Source: Adineta vaga
Lineage: Eukaryota; Animalia; Rotifera
NCBI GenBank assembly: GCA_021613535.1
Contig: CP075493.1
Coordinates: forward strand, 7,812,001 to 7,876,000
Length of the DNA: 64,000 nt
Direction: 5' to 3'
Both the position numbers and the translations under genes were made by a program. The notes under the pieces are model-generated. The model searched no databases, had not been told where the DNA came from, and was given only the letters and a program-made list of their open reading frames with translations. This document shows, piece after piece, positions 11,926 through 25,496 of the stretch (positions within the stretch are counted from its first letter, which is position 1; each line of letters starts with the position of its first letter).

Positions 11926-12517
11926 ATGCCGTCAAAAATTCAAATCATATCCATCATTGCTGGTATGATCTTTGGTATTACTTTTACACTCTACACTGTT
12001 AGCAATGCCGTGCCAGAATGGTATGTACTTAATTTCAAAGTGAAATAATCAAAATAACAATACTTTCTTTTTAATTTGCAGGACCAAAATATCTATTGAA
12101 GATGGTACTGAAAGATCTGGCCTATGGCGAGCTTGTACTACTTATCCTTATAGAAGTGAATGCCATGCTTTAGCATGTCCAGCACACAGGGATGATGCCG
12201 GTTTTTGCAAGAGGATCATTGCTGGTCGAGCTTTCATGACATTAGCTTGTATTATATCTGGTGTAATTACTATATGCTTCCTTATAAGTGCAGCTATTAG
12301 CGATCGTTATAATCGATTATTACTTGTGCCAGCCAAGATTTTAGGTTTTGTGTGTTTGATCATGGGAATCATTGGTGTGGGAGTTGGTGGTAGTATTTCA
12401 CAACTACTTAGGCAAAGTGGAAACGAATTTACTTTTGGTGTAGGTGCAATTGTAGGTGTTGTTGCAATTATTATCAATTTTTTTGGTGCTATCATAGTCC
12501 TATTCGCTAAAGAATAA
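11926..12517 (+). CDS. Claudin/PMP22-like tetraspan protein, copy 2 (tandem paralog)
   Basis: MPSKIQIISIIAG...SNAVPEW|TKIS...GLWRAC...C...C...CKRIIAGRAFMTLAC. Same intron position as copy 1 and a shared GIIGVGVGGSIS segment. Confidence 0.85.
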
Positions 12518-12827
12518 ATGAATCGTCTTTTTTTCGAATATCTTCTGTTCTATAGCGTGTAATATATCCTTTCTATTATTTTGTTTACGAATAATATACG
12601 TAAAGATAATTTTGACAACTATTTTCGCGATATTTCGTAGAAGTTTTGCAATTACAATGTGTAAGAGAACGCCTTATTTTAAGTCAATACTGTTTTCTTT
12701 CTTCCGTATCTCATCTCCAAGATAATTTACGCAATAATTCTTTCGTAATAATGCTTGAAATCATCTATAAAATGCTGTTCAGTTACAAAGATATAGTATA
12801 TTTATTGTGAATGGCTTATCAACAACG

Positions 12828-13736
12828 ATGCCATGGAAGCCAGTATATAAGAGCAAGAAAGAATGCAAAAATGAACGTACATTAGTTCTTCTTTTGGGTG
12901 GTTCGATTTATGATGATGGTATTGGTGTACAGATTACTAATCGACGTCGTCGTGGAGACGACCGTTTTCGTACTAAACAAGATGTTCATTTAGAAGAACA
13001 CCTTTGGCAACGAGATTTTCGAGCTATAACAGAATATTTTGAGCGAGAACATGCTACTGTTTGGCGTTCTGTACCAACACGTCTTCACAGTGATCGAAAT
13101 GAAGCATTGGAATTGATTAATGCTTTTTTTCAACTTGATGGTGATGATCATAATAGAAGAGAACGACGAACATTTGTTCTCTATTGGGCCGGTCATGGTC
13201 TACATAATTCAGGAGATTGGGGATTTTCAATTGGTGGTGAAATAACTTGTCAAGATATAATCAATGCTTGGCGTTCACGTTCAGTTGCTGATAACTATAA
13301 TGATATGTCTTCATTAACAATTATAGCTGATACTTGCTATTCAGGTGGATGGATAGAAGAACTCCGAAGAGAGAATATTCCTCGACTTGCTTATCAAGCT
13401 GCTAGTCGAGCTGATGAACCTGCCTATGTTGTTGATGATGGTAATATTCCAAGAAGTTTACTAATGCGTAAATTTATTATTGAACAAAACCATCCCATAG
13501 GATGGTATACATGGACATGTCGAGATCAACATCCGATGCATTTTTGTGAATATTCAGAAACAGAAAATGGTGAAGATTTAAGTGCTGGACAACGACGTGC
13601 ATTGGTTCATGGTGGACCATACTATTTCTTTACTGTTGATCGTCATTGGACATCAAATGGTAAGATGACAACGAAAGAACGTAGAGTGCAACTCAGTAAA
13701 CTATCAGAATATGGAACATTTATTGATGATCATTGA
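12828..13736 (+). CDS. Intronless caspase-fold (clan CD, metacaspase/orthocaspase-like) cysteine protease
   Basis: FVLYWAGHG (His codon 13194) and LTIIADTCYSGGW (Cys codon 13335) give a His-Gly...D-x-C-x-S-G dyad, each after a hydrophobic strand, followed by AASRADEPAY. The first in-frame ATG is at 12828. Confidence 0.75.
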   Translation: MPWKPVYKSKKECKNERTLVLLLGGSIYDDGIGVQITNRRRRGDDRFRTKQDVHLEEHLWQRDFRAITEYFEREHATVWRSVPTRLHSDRNEALELINAFFQLDGDDHNRRERRTFVLYWAGHGLHNSGDWGFSIGGEITCQDIINAWRSRSVADNYNDMSSLTIIADTCYSGGWIEELRRENIPRLAYQAASRADEPAYVVDDGNIPRSLLMRKFIIEQNHPIGWYTWTCRDQHPMHFCEYSETENGEDLSAGQRRALVHGGPYYFFTVDRHWTSNGKMTTKERRVQLSKLSEYGTFIDDH

Positions 13737-13862
13737 AATTTGATCTAATAGAAAACTATCGTTTGCTTTTTGTAATCTGAGTTTAAATAAAATCTTATCA
13801 ATTAATCTGTATTTTTTTTTATCTTTTTTCTTCTATTACCGTAAAGACTATAAGGAATACGT

Positions 13863-15753
13863 ATGGATTCATTCAAGGTAACGACGATGAGAGTGAAACC
13901 TTATTTAATTTTCTATTTTTACTTTTTATTTACTTTTACCGATGGAAAATCAGTGAAAAGTAAAGGAACAAAAGCGACTGCAAAGACACCCGCTAAAGCA
14001 CCAAAAGTTAAAACAAATTCTGATGCATTGAAATTTCTTGATAAATTCGGTTATAACAAATGTGGCGGACATGGAAGTGGAAAAGTAGCAGGATCCGATG
14101 AAGGACCGCTATGTCAATCAAGTTTTCAAACAATGATCGAACATTTTCAAACTATTTTTCGTTTACCTGTCACTGGTAAACTTGATGAAGCAACAGTAAC
14201 TCTAATGAATAAACCTCGATGTAGTTTGGGTGATTATCCAATGGCATATTCTGCATTTCGACCCTGGTGATTTTTACAATTTAAATTGAAAGAATTGTAT
14301 ATTTTTGAATCTTTTTTTTCTAGGCCCAATACAACATTAAAATGGAAATTAAATGGAGAAATACCAAAGTTTGGTACAGATAAAACTCGTTTACATATTC
14401 AAGAAGCATTCGACGATTGGGCACGTTATGCTCCTTTAAAATTTCGTGAAGCAGCTGGTGATGAAAAACCAAATTTTTTTATTAGTTTCGAAACTGGTGA
14501 ACATAAAGATGGCTATCCTTTTGATGGTGCTGGTGGTACACTTGCACATGCATTCTTTCCAACGGATGGAAAAGTTCATTTCGATTCTACAGAAGAATGG
14601 ACAGATAAGTAAGTGATAATAATCTATTTATAGATTAACACACATAGTTTGTGGTGAATAAATAACCTATAGATATGATGGATTTGGTTACAACTTTCGT
14701 TTGGTTGCTTCACATGAAATCGGTCATGCACTTGGTTTAGCACATTCACATGATCCAAAATCATTAATGTATCCATTTTATCAATTGATTCAACCAACAG
14801 ATTTACTTCCAAAAGATGTATTTGAAAGCCCTATATAAAGAATTTTAATCACCGATATATTTCGATTTATTCTAGGATCGAGATGGAATTCGAGCATTAT
14901 ATGGAACAAGTGAAACGAATAAACCAACGACTTTTGCTTCTACAAAACCTACAACAACAACCACCAAAAAAACAACAACTACGAAAAAAACAACAACAAA
15001 AAAAGGTACAATAACTAAAAAAACAACAAAAACTACTACAACGAAAAAGCCACCAATAACACAACCAACAGCATTAGCACATGACCGGTGTGCGCGGTAT
15101 CTTGATGTAGTCTTCGGTGGTGGTCCAGACAAATGGGTATATACACTTGATTATGATCTTGTTTGGCGTTATCATCCAGATTTTCATCTTTGGGATACAA
15201 AAGGTTTACCTATTACGGATGTTTTTCCTGGTGCTGAACCACATATGATGGCAGGAATTTTATCACCTGTCTCAAAAAAAATATATCTATTCAAAGGTTA
15301 TCGTGTTTGGCGATTCACATCACCAACATCACTTGATGCAGGCTTTCCTAAACGTCTTTTTGGTACAGGTACACCGTATGTATCTCTAAATGCATAGTAC
15401 TCTTTTTTTCTTGAATGATTGAATGTTTTTGTAATAGATATAACCCGATTGCTGCTCTTTATGAACGCGGTCATATCTGGCTGTTAAAAGGTGGCCTTCT
15501 GTTTAAATTTGATGAAGATGATCTTCGTTTTGAATTTCGCAGACCACCAAAACGTGTCGATGAACAATTTCCAGGTGTTCCAAGAGACGTTCGAGCCGCA
15601 TTTACACACGATGGAAAACATTATTTTTTTACTGAACCTGATCGTAATGTTTATGTTTTTGATATAAAGACTCGACGTGTTGAAGCTGGTTATCCAAAAC
15701 CGATGATGACAGGATGGTTTGCTTGTAATGGTCAACAAGGAAGAGGTCGCTAA
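13863..15753 (+). CDS. Matrix metalloproteinase (signal, prodomain, catalytic domain, Thr/Lys hinge, hemopexin), 5 exons
   Basis: LPVTGKLD...MNKPRC cysteine switch, [28 protein letters not shown], zinc motif [12 protein letters not shown], Met-turn SLMYPFY, and hemopexin repeats ending [13 protein letters not shown]. Confidence 0.95.
14935..15070 (+). repeat. Low-complexity Thr/Lys coding repeat (MMP hinge)
   Basis: Imperfect ACA/AAA repeats encoding [21 protein letters not shown]. Confidence 0.7.
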
Positions 15754-16226
15754 TTGTTCAACTTAGTTTATAGCTTATTTCATTAATCTTCTCTTTATTC
15801 TAATTGAATGAAATAAAATCTGAAAAAAAATTCATAAGAAAATCACTCGAAATCTTTTTTTCTTCTTTGATATTAACAACGGTTGCTATGAACTGAAGTA
15901 ACGATGATGTCGTTAAGCACTTAGTGAAATAAGTAGAAAATGATGAATATCAACATATGGAATTTGAAGAGTTCTACTACTAATCAAGCTGTAAGAAAAG
16001 ATAAGAGTTCAGATTGTCTCGATTTAGTTTTTGAATATATAGATTGAAGGTTATATATACATACATATTAGATAAATTATTCTTTTTCCTTGTTTACAGA
16101 ATAAATAAAACGGAACAAGTTTGAAGAAAGAGAAAAAGAATAACATTCATGGCATTGTGTCGTTAAACATCATCAGTTAAAAGACGAAAGACAATTTTTC
16201 AATTTCTTCCATTTTAATTCTCTTCA

Positions 16227-19200
16227 ATGGCTTTAACATCATCACTTCATACGATGACAAAAAGTTCCAGTTCTTCCTCATCCAATCCATATATCTTACC
16301 GAAACATGATCTAACTATGGCTGATAGTCAATTAATTGATATACTCCTTCATGGACAAAATAATGAGAATAAATTTCAAATTGTTAATCATTGGTGTAAC
16401 AATAATCGACGAAATCGTCTAGGAAATATTCTTGATGCTTCTCAAAGATACGAAGTTTTAATCGCTCTTATAACTACACTTCAACAAACGACAAATACTG
16501 AATATCAATATAATTGCTTAACACTTCTTTCCGAACTTCAAACAACTATTCATCATTATGATCAACGAACTTATCTTCCAGGTAATGATAAAACGAGAGT
16601 ATGATAAATTTCACTACTAGTTTGTTTGTTTTCAGTTCTTATACAATGTTTTTCTTCGACTTCACAAAATATTCAATCATTAACATCACAATTATTAGTG
16701 AAACAATTTCATACAACAGATGATACTCAAACATTTCTACATATTTATATAAAAGACGGTTTAAAATCTCCAAATATTCGAATATGTATTAAATCTATCG
16801 AAACAATAAATGATCTATTTACAAAAACGCATCAACATGAAAATCTTTCATCAATATTCGAATTACTTCTTCAATGTTTACAAGATAATCTTTTTCGTTC
16901 AAATTATAATACAATACTCATACGAACTATTCAACATATTAAACGAATATCAACTCCGGAATCATTTAATACATATCTTGAATCTTATTCACCATCATTA
17001 AGACGACTCTATTATACATATGTACCTCAACAAATAGACAATGAATTAGAAGATGACGAAGCAACACCGAGAGCAACCGTGCAACTATCTCAGCTCAATG
17101 ATTTGATCTATTCTCAAACAGGTAAGATAATCTTTTTGATTAACCTTTAATCGATTGCTTTTCATTGAAAAAAACTGATTTAAGCAGTCCAATAAATGTT
17201 TACTTTAATCGAACGTAAACTTTAAGTATTATTATTTGAATAAAGAAAAAATTTGCATGGTCATTGAAGTATGTAACTCAACAAGGAAAAAAAAGGAAAA
17301 TTTTGCAAAAAATGTTGATATAAGTCTTTGAAAAAATACATTGATGTTTTGTCTACAATTAATCGAACGGCAATTCGATATGTTTTTTGTTGTATCGAAA
17401 GATCCATAGTGACCGTACTCGATGACAATGACGAAAAATTGTGCTAAATTTTTTTTTGCACTGAAATCAAGTGAAGCGTAGTGTTTTGTCGATGATATTT
17501 TGACGGTTTTAATTCTTAATTGATTTTTCGACTTACAGGCATGTCAATAGAAAATTTTCATCGTTCCTATAGTCATGTACAAAAACGTGAGTTAAAAAAT
17601 CACAATTTTGCATTAACTTGATTTTTTTATAAATTTCTTCAATAAACACAAATATTCTGAATGAAAAATATCTCATATTATAGTTGTAATAATTCAAACG
17701 TTTAGCAAACGTTGTTTATTGACTTTGAGAAATATAATGCGAATTGAAATAATGTTATAGCTTACAATGTCAATCATATGGAAGAGAATAGAACACGCGT
17801 TTTCTTAATCGGATAGGATTATATTAAAACATCTCAGACAGATTTATTCCTCTTGTCTTCTTCTTCTTCTTATAGAAACGAATGGTTATCGTTCGAATAG
17901 TCATCCTTATTCAAATAATATCTTTGCTACTCAACGATCAATTCTTTCTTCTCAATCCGAATCTTCTGAAATGCATTCTTTAATTGAAACAATGCGTGCA
18001 AAATGGATGACATCCAATGAAACCAATCGTTTAAGTTATCTCGATCGTCTAATTGTTCTATCTGATAAATCTTTTCAAATCTTTCGTTCTCAACATCCTC
18101 CATCGTCGACATTTGATCCACAATTTCATCAATCATTACAAACACTTTTATCACCTATACTTGAAATTCTATCTTATATAACATCAACAAATATTGAACT
18201 GTCAATTAAAATCAAACTTGTCCTCTCGACATCTTTAGCTTGGATTGTTAAACATGGTCAAGGGAATTTTTGTAAGAAAAATTATAAATCAATATGTACA
18301 GTATTTAAAAATATTCTTCTCAATGGACAATCTAATAATCGACAATTAGCCGTATGTTATTGTTTTTCTTTCTTATCTATCAGAAATTTAATTTTCTTTC
18401 TTTTCTTTTCCATAGAAATTTAGTGTTAGCCTCATACTTTTACTTGGCAATTTCGTTCATCCTCAAATTATTCTCAATGAATTAATCGATGAGCAATTTC
18501 AATACTATAGTTATCGTATACAATTAGAACTTCTTGCAATTGTTACAGCAACATTAATCAAACATCGACAACATCATTATGATAGTATATCAAATGTTTA
18601 TAAACATTTACTTCCAATGTTAGTATCAAATCGACGAGAATTACGACATGGTGCGATGGAATGTTTTACAGTTATATGTACGTATTTTAACGCATATAAA
18701 CCATTAACATCAACAATGATTGAAACAAATCAATCGATTAAATTAGTTTTATCATTAATTGATAAATTATCATATGATGCTTCAAATGCTTTACGTTTTC
18801 GTTTACAGCGTAATCTATTTCCATCATTAACCGACGAAGGAAATATTACACCGGGCTTAGTTTGTGACTCAACAACAATGAATGATCCGGATGCAAAATT
18901 TATTGCACTTGCTAATAGCAGCAATACAGCGAGAACACCACATTCAGCAAGTAGTCATGATAGTTCACCAATGAAAATGTCACCAACGAATAGCAAATTA
19001 CTTCAATTAGCAATGCCATTCGCTGCCAAGAAAGCAAATACACAAGAAACGGTAAAATTGATTGAATAAATAGATTCAAGACCTCCTACACCTTCAGTTT
19101 GCTTATCATTCTTTACTTGATCAGAGAAATTCTTTATTACATCTATTCACAAGTTCTTTTCGACATTTTATCTTGTGCTCTACAATTATGTCTTATCTTA

Positions 19201-22200
19201 TGTGCAAAAGATCATATGTCAATATTCAAACTTTTCTTTTCTTTTTAATTATTCATTCTTCTTTTACTTCTAACGAATGTCTAGAAATCAGCTGTTGAAC
19301 CACTGAAAACATATGCTAAGGAAATAATATCATTATTATCGAAAGATGTTTGAGTAATTAAAAACTCTTTTTATTCTCTTCGATCTTTGAGAAAAAATGC
19401 ATTCAGTCTACTCTTTAATTCACAATGACAAATGTTCGTATGTGAATCAATCAAAGTAACTAGAACTTTCATTTCTCATTCGAATCAAAAGAAATTTAAT
19501 TTGACAACTCCAGCCTTTTCTATTTCATTTGCGGAAATAATATTCTAAAAATCATGCGTACGATAGGAATGAATTTGTGCATCATCATGTAGTTAAGTCA
19601 AGCTGTAAATACACAGGTTATCATTGTTTTAGTATGTGTGCATGCACTTAAAAGATTTTTATAAGTTTTCTGCATTTATTCAACGAACAGATGAAAAAAG
19701 AAAAAAAACATTGTTACTCAGAATTATACACACGCCTACTATGGACATAACAGATGAAATTTAATATTCTTCTTCTTCCTTTCTTTCTTTCGCGATCGTA
19801 TTGTTTTGTGGTTGCATTTTGAATCAATCGTAAATGACGTATGTTTTCTTGATGAAGCCGATATTTATACTTCAAAAGACATTTAAATTTTTTTTAATAA
19901 GATCGAAAGGAATCCTCTTGCATTCATTTCTTTCGAGGACTCTTTTTTTTTATTTTTATGATGAATAATAAATCTGATTATGAATAAGAAGTTTATCGAT
20001 ATTCAAATTTTCTTTCGTTTATTCCGACAATAATAATGTAGATAGAAATTAATTTTTGTCTTTGTTCATTTTGTTTCTAAATTATACATATCATTGAGTA
20101 TTTCTTTCGGCTAAATCTTTTACTAATATTATCTAAAACGTAACTGATAATCTTTCAAAGAGCTACCTATCAACTTATAGTTTACGCATAGTGATCTGTC
20201 ACATATCTACGCATTAGTTGTTTAAGCATTTTACTGACAGGTTTTTTTCATCTTATTTCTTTTTTGACAGATCATGCGTAGTCGTGAAATACCTCCATTG
20301 AAGCCACCTACTGTTGAATATGATTCTCATCGGTATACCAACAATAACAATCATCATTATGAAACTTCAATTAATCGTAAGTAAATTGTTCTGATAAATT
20401 TTAATCATGGATGTTATTTTGGTTTGATGTGTTTTTATTTTCTTCCTCACATTGTGCATCATCAGGTCAGCAATTAAATAAACGATTGAATTTATCATCG
20501 AAATATCAACCGAATATTGGTAGTGTAGAAATAAGTAGAAAATCAAAGTTTCTTCATCTTGTAGACGAACTAACCGAGTGTACTTTAATAATTCTTTTAA
20601 TGAAAACATTCTTTCTTAAAGCATATAAACAAATATCTGAATACTTATGTCTCTTTTTATTGATTCTTTTTCCCTTTTCTCTCTGTCTTCTTGACAATAA
20701 CAAAGTTTATTGAAAGAGAAAAAAGAATTATTTTTCTTTTGATGAAATCAATAGACTTCTTTCTTTGATTAACTTTTCTTTACTTACGATTATTTCAACG
20801 AGTAAAAGATAAATTTTTCTGTAAATAGTACTCCTAGCTATCGTTCAATGACATATACAAACAAAGTAATAAAGGATGATTGGATCGAAAAGAATTGTTT
20901 CTCTTTCAATCACTTCATAATTGTTTTATAAAATATCTTTTTTTCTCTTATAATATATAGAGAGTCCGCATAATAATACCACTTTACCAGTTCGTCCAGT
21001 AATACCACGTCGTCTATCTGGTGGTCGAATGCCAACTTCACATACTCTTCTTGTTACTTCACAAATGCATAATCATTACGAACAAAAATATCCAACACGT
21101 AATTTCGATTCCGATATTGATCATGATGAAGGTATTGATAGTGCAATTGGATCACGTTCATTATCAATAAATACTGTTGATGAAAATTCACCGGAAGTAA
21201 AAGAAAAACAAATGAGTTATTTTGTAACAATCAAGTCATTTGATTATCTATTTAGAATAATCATTCTCAATCGAAAAAACCTGTTCGATCAGTTCACAGT
21301 AGTTCAACACGACGAAAAGTAACTCGCCTATTTAGTACTAATAGTGATCTCGAATCACCATCAGTACATACATTAACACCAGCAACTAGTAATGAAAGTG
21401 GCGTCTATTCACCATCTGTCCGTGAAACTAATCATGATAATAATAGTGCAACAAGGTAAATTCGAATAAAAATGAAACGATAATTTCATTATTCGTGTAT
21501 TCATATAGATCATTGAGTAAAGATCAATTATTTTCGACAAAACCACGTCTTGCTCGTTCTGGTTCGAAAACTATCATTGAAAAACCCCAAGGATCATCTA
21601 CGACAAATCCATCGACAGGACAAAACTCTGACTATCATTATTCGCCTGAGAAATCAATACATCGAGGAAATAATCGATATGTTGAAGTTGTTGGACGAGG
21701 TTATGCAGATGAGAAAACTTCTACGAGAAGATTATCGAATGATAGTATGGAAGATAAACAACAACCATTTGGAAATAAATCTCGAGCAAAAATTATCAAA
21801 GGTAAAGTTTAGCATATTGTTGATTCTCTGCATATATAAGTATAGAAGTGTCGTTAAACATGAGGAAGAATTTCTTTATATGGAGTCAAAAGAACTATCG
21901 TTTATAAATGACTCATTCAATATTTACATCCGACAGAGAATTGATACATAGAAGTGATTTTTCTGTACTTAAGATATCCATCTTCTAATTTTTATTCCAA
22001 CAACATAATAAATGATCAATCTTTGAAAAACTATTTACTTCTCTTTCATACATTACATTTTTCATAGAATATTCTTCAAAAGAACAAGGAAGAAAATGTC
22101 CCTAATAAATAATTGAACAAAACGGAACTGAGTTTAAAACTGTCTTATTCTATTTACGAAGTCATGCATACAGTTCATTTTAGTAGAAGATCAGTCATAA

Positions 22201-25145
22201 ATAGTTCATTCCAGCAAGATATATATTTCATCGACATATGATATTTCATTTGTCGTTTGTACTTTCTTTTAAAAACTCGTGTTTCCGGAAGAAAAATATA
22301 TTTTGTCCACAGGTTCTGTCGTAAACAATTCAACAAATGCAAACATGAATATAGAAGATGGATCTAATGGTGATGACAATCACGATATTGGAATTTTTGG
22401 AAAAGGTAAATAAATACTGTTGAAAATAAAGAATTTTCTTTATTTACTTTCTTGGATTATTCTAGCGGTACATATTCCATTACGTATGAAGACTGACACA
22501 GATATTCTTCGAGTACAAAGAAATAATCTAATGAATCATCATTTAAATGAACAAAGTGATAATATCGATATAATGTCCGATGAATTTGATAGTGATTCAA
22601 AAGAGAATGAAAATGTAAGTTGAATTTGTCTATTTTTTGTTTTCAAATTAACTTTGTGATAAACTGTTTGTTGAATAGATGACTGAAATGGGACATTCTC
22701 TTTCTGCATCATTTCGTTTACGTGTTCAACAAAAAACTCAAGAAAAAATCGAACAAAAAGCTCTTCGTCGACAAGCACGTGAAAAACGTTCGCAAGAAGA
22801 TCAAATCAATGGTAATGATGACAATGATATACCTATGTCATCCAATTCTACTAGTCGATATTCATCTCAACCTGATATAACAGCTATTTCCAATGACTTA
22901 CCTGTCACAACTCGACGTCCAATTGATTCCAATATCGTGTCTGTGTTACCGAACTTTCCATCTCAACAACGTTCACGTACTTTGAAAAATTCGTAAGAAA
23001 TGAATACATTTTCCCAATATATGATCATTGTTGTTCTGATTTTAGTATGGCTCGTTCTCAAACATTTAACAATCGACGTGATATTCCCATGACTGAACAA
23101 CGTTTTACTTTTAATCGTCCATTATCAGAAGATCGATCTGCCGATCAAATCAAAAATCCAACGACTGCTTATCGAGAAGCAATGGATTCTGTAGCAAATG
23201 ATGATTGGGAACAAAAATGTTCTGGTCTTAATTTACTTCAACATCTTATCGCACAATATCCCGATACGGTAACACAAAATTTACATCAAGTAGTTTTAGT
23301 TCTGATCCAGGAAGTAAAGATTTCTGACTGATATTGATTTCGAAATAATCGTCGATTCCTTTCTTTTAAGGTGAAAAATCTTCGATCACAAGTTGCTCGT
23401 TTTGCCTTATCAACATTTTGTGATATGTTTAAATATTTGAAACGTAATATGGACATTGAACTTGATCTAACTGTTAAAGCCTTAATACAAAAATGTGCGG
23501 AAAGTAATGAATTTTTTCGATTAGATACAGAAAAATGCCTTCAAACAATGGTGGATAATGTTTCACTTCAAAAAGCATTACAAGCCTTAATAGCCGGTGG
23601 AGCAACGTAAGTTGTTCTCTCTCTATATATATTCAAATGATAATGATGGAATTTCGATTGTAGTCATCGTAATCCAGCTGTAAGAAAAGCATCAGCTAAA
23701 TACATCTATCATGTTTGTGAAAAATTGGGTCCGACCAAAATTTTAAGTGGTACACGAGATATTACTGAACGTGTCTTACAAGTGGGTGCTACATTTGCAG
23801 CTGATGGACCGCCAGAGATCAGGTAAGAGAATTGAAATACATTATCAATGAGATTTGAATTGAATTTTCTAGATGGTATGGTAAGAAAATCTACCATATG
23901 TTGATGGCTTTTGATACATTGGATGCAATGATGAAACAATATCTAACAGCAACTGTTTATACCCATATGTGTGAAATTCTTGATAGTATTCGAGTTAAAG
24001 TAAAATTATTTGACATCTAAAGTTGTTGTTTTAATTAATATTTCAATTTAATAGGGAGGAGTTGGTGAAACACCAAGTGAATCAGCAAGAAATAATACTC
24101 GACGTGCCTTATCAAATGATAAACTAAATTCGAATCCGTAAATAAATTTGTATTTAAAAAATCTTTCATTAATTTCCAAGAAATTATTTTAGAAGTTTTA
24201 CCAGTCAATTATCTGTAACACGCAAAATTAATACAGCTGATCAAGCTGAACAAGTTCGTGAATTAACTAAACAAATGCGTAGTTCAGATTTCCGTGAACG
24301 TTTAAGTGGTATTGAAGAATTTCAAAAATTATGTGAACTTGAAACTGAAATAGCAATTCAATCTCTTGTACAAATTTTCGATGGTTTCAATGAATGTTTA
24401 GCGGATATGAATTCTAAAGTTGTACTCAAAGCATTGAATACAATGCATCAACTTGTACCAATATTAGGTGATGCTTTAGCCAGTGTTATCAATTCGACTT
24501 TACCAATTATTGCACAAAGTATTGCTTCAAAAAATCGTGATATATCACAATGTGCATCGGATATTATTGATACTGCGATTGAATATATTGGTAAATGAAT
24601 GAAAATAAATGATAATTGTCATTTTTTATAAATATATTATAGATTGTGGAGTGTTAATACAACCATTATGTACATTGTGTCAAAATAGCAATCTTCGTGT
24701 TCGTCCAGAAATTATATTAAAATTAGCTGGTAAGTAAAATGATTTTTGTTGGAATCGAGTGAATATACGAGTAGAATTCGTGGATAAAATTACATCAGCA
24801 TCCTGTAGTCTCAGATCAATTCGAAATAATATTCAATAGAAAATCTCTTCTTTCACTTTAGCTCTTGTACCTCAACTATGTCAACGCAAACCGAAACAAG
24901 TTGAAATTCATCTATTACCTACTTATTGGAAACTTCTATCACTCCTTCGTGGTCAAAACTCTACAACTATCACGTCATCAACTGGTGGTTCTAATAATTT
25001 AAATTCTTCGGTACATGTTATAACAACAGCTCTGTATACTGAACTTGGTTCTACATTAATTGAGCGAGCAAGTTCAAGTTCATCAGTAGCACCAAAATAT
25101 CTTCAATTACTTCGTGAACTTTGTAGTAGTATTGATGCTGTGTGA
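16227..25145 (+). CDS. TOGARAM1: TOG array regulator of axonemal microtubules (crescerin/FAM179B), multi-exon
   Basis: N-terminal HEAT/TOG-like exons (LVSNRRELRHGAMECF), a long Ser-rich linker, TOG3 (NDDWEQKCSGL...LIQE|VKNLRSQVARFALSTFCDMF, SHRNPAVRK, DGPPEIRWYG) and TOG4 (SSDFRERLSGI...LADMNSKVVLKAL). Confidence 0.88.
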
Positions 25146-25496
25146 TTTGTTTTACCAAACTTCTTTTCAGTTGTGATTTACACCTACAAAAATGCCTAGA
25201 ATTTCTTTCTTTCTCTCTCTCTTATTCACTTCTGATGTGTGTTGATATATATATATATATTAAAATACAGCTTAAGCAATCATTCTATTTTCTCTCTCTC
25301 TCTTCTTTTCATTTAAAGAAAGAAACAACCGTGACATATGTTTACTCGTATAAAAGAATTTCATTTAAATACCTAAACTCTTCTTTATTCTCTGTGATGA
25401 TTGTTATTCATTTCTTTTTTTTTCTGTTCTTCCATGCACGTTCCTACTCTATGTTTTGTATAAAAAAAAATATATCGAAGAAGATTATCTCAAGAG

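Noticed and set aside
12811-12885. Out-of-frame upstream ATG ORF and a GGCTTATC stretch recalling the rotifer spliced leader
   Set aside because: The match is only a few bases, with no donor or Sm-site structure of an SL RNA gene. The uORF cannot be evaluated from sequence alone.
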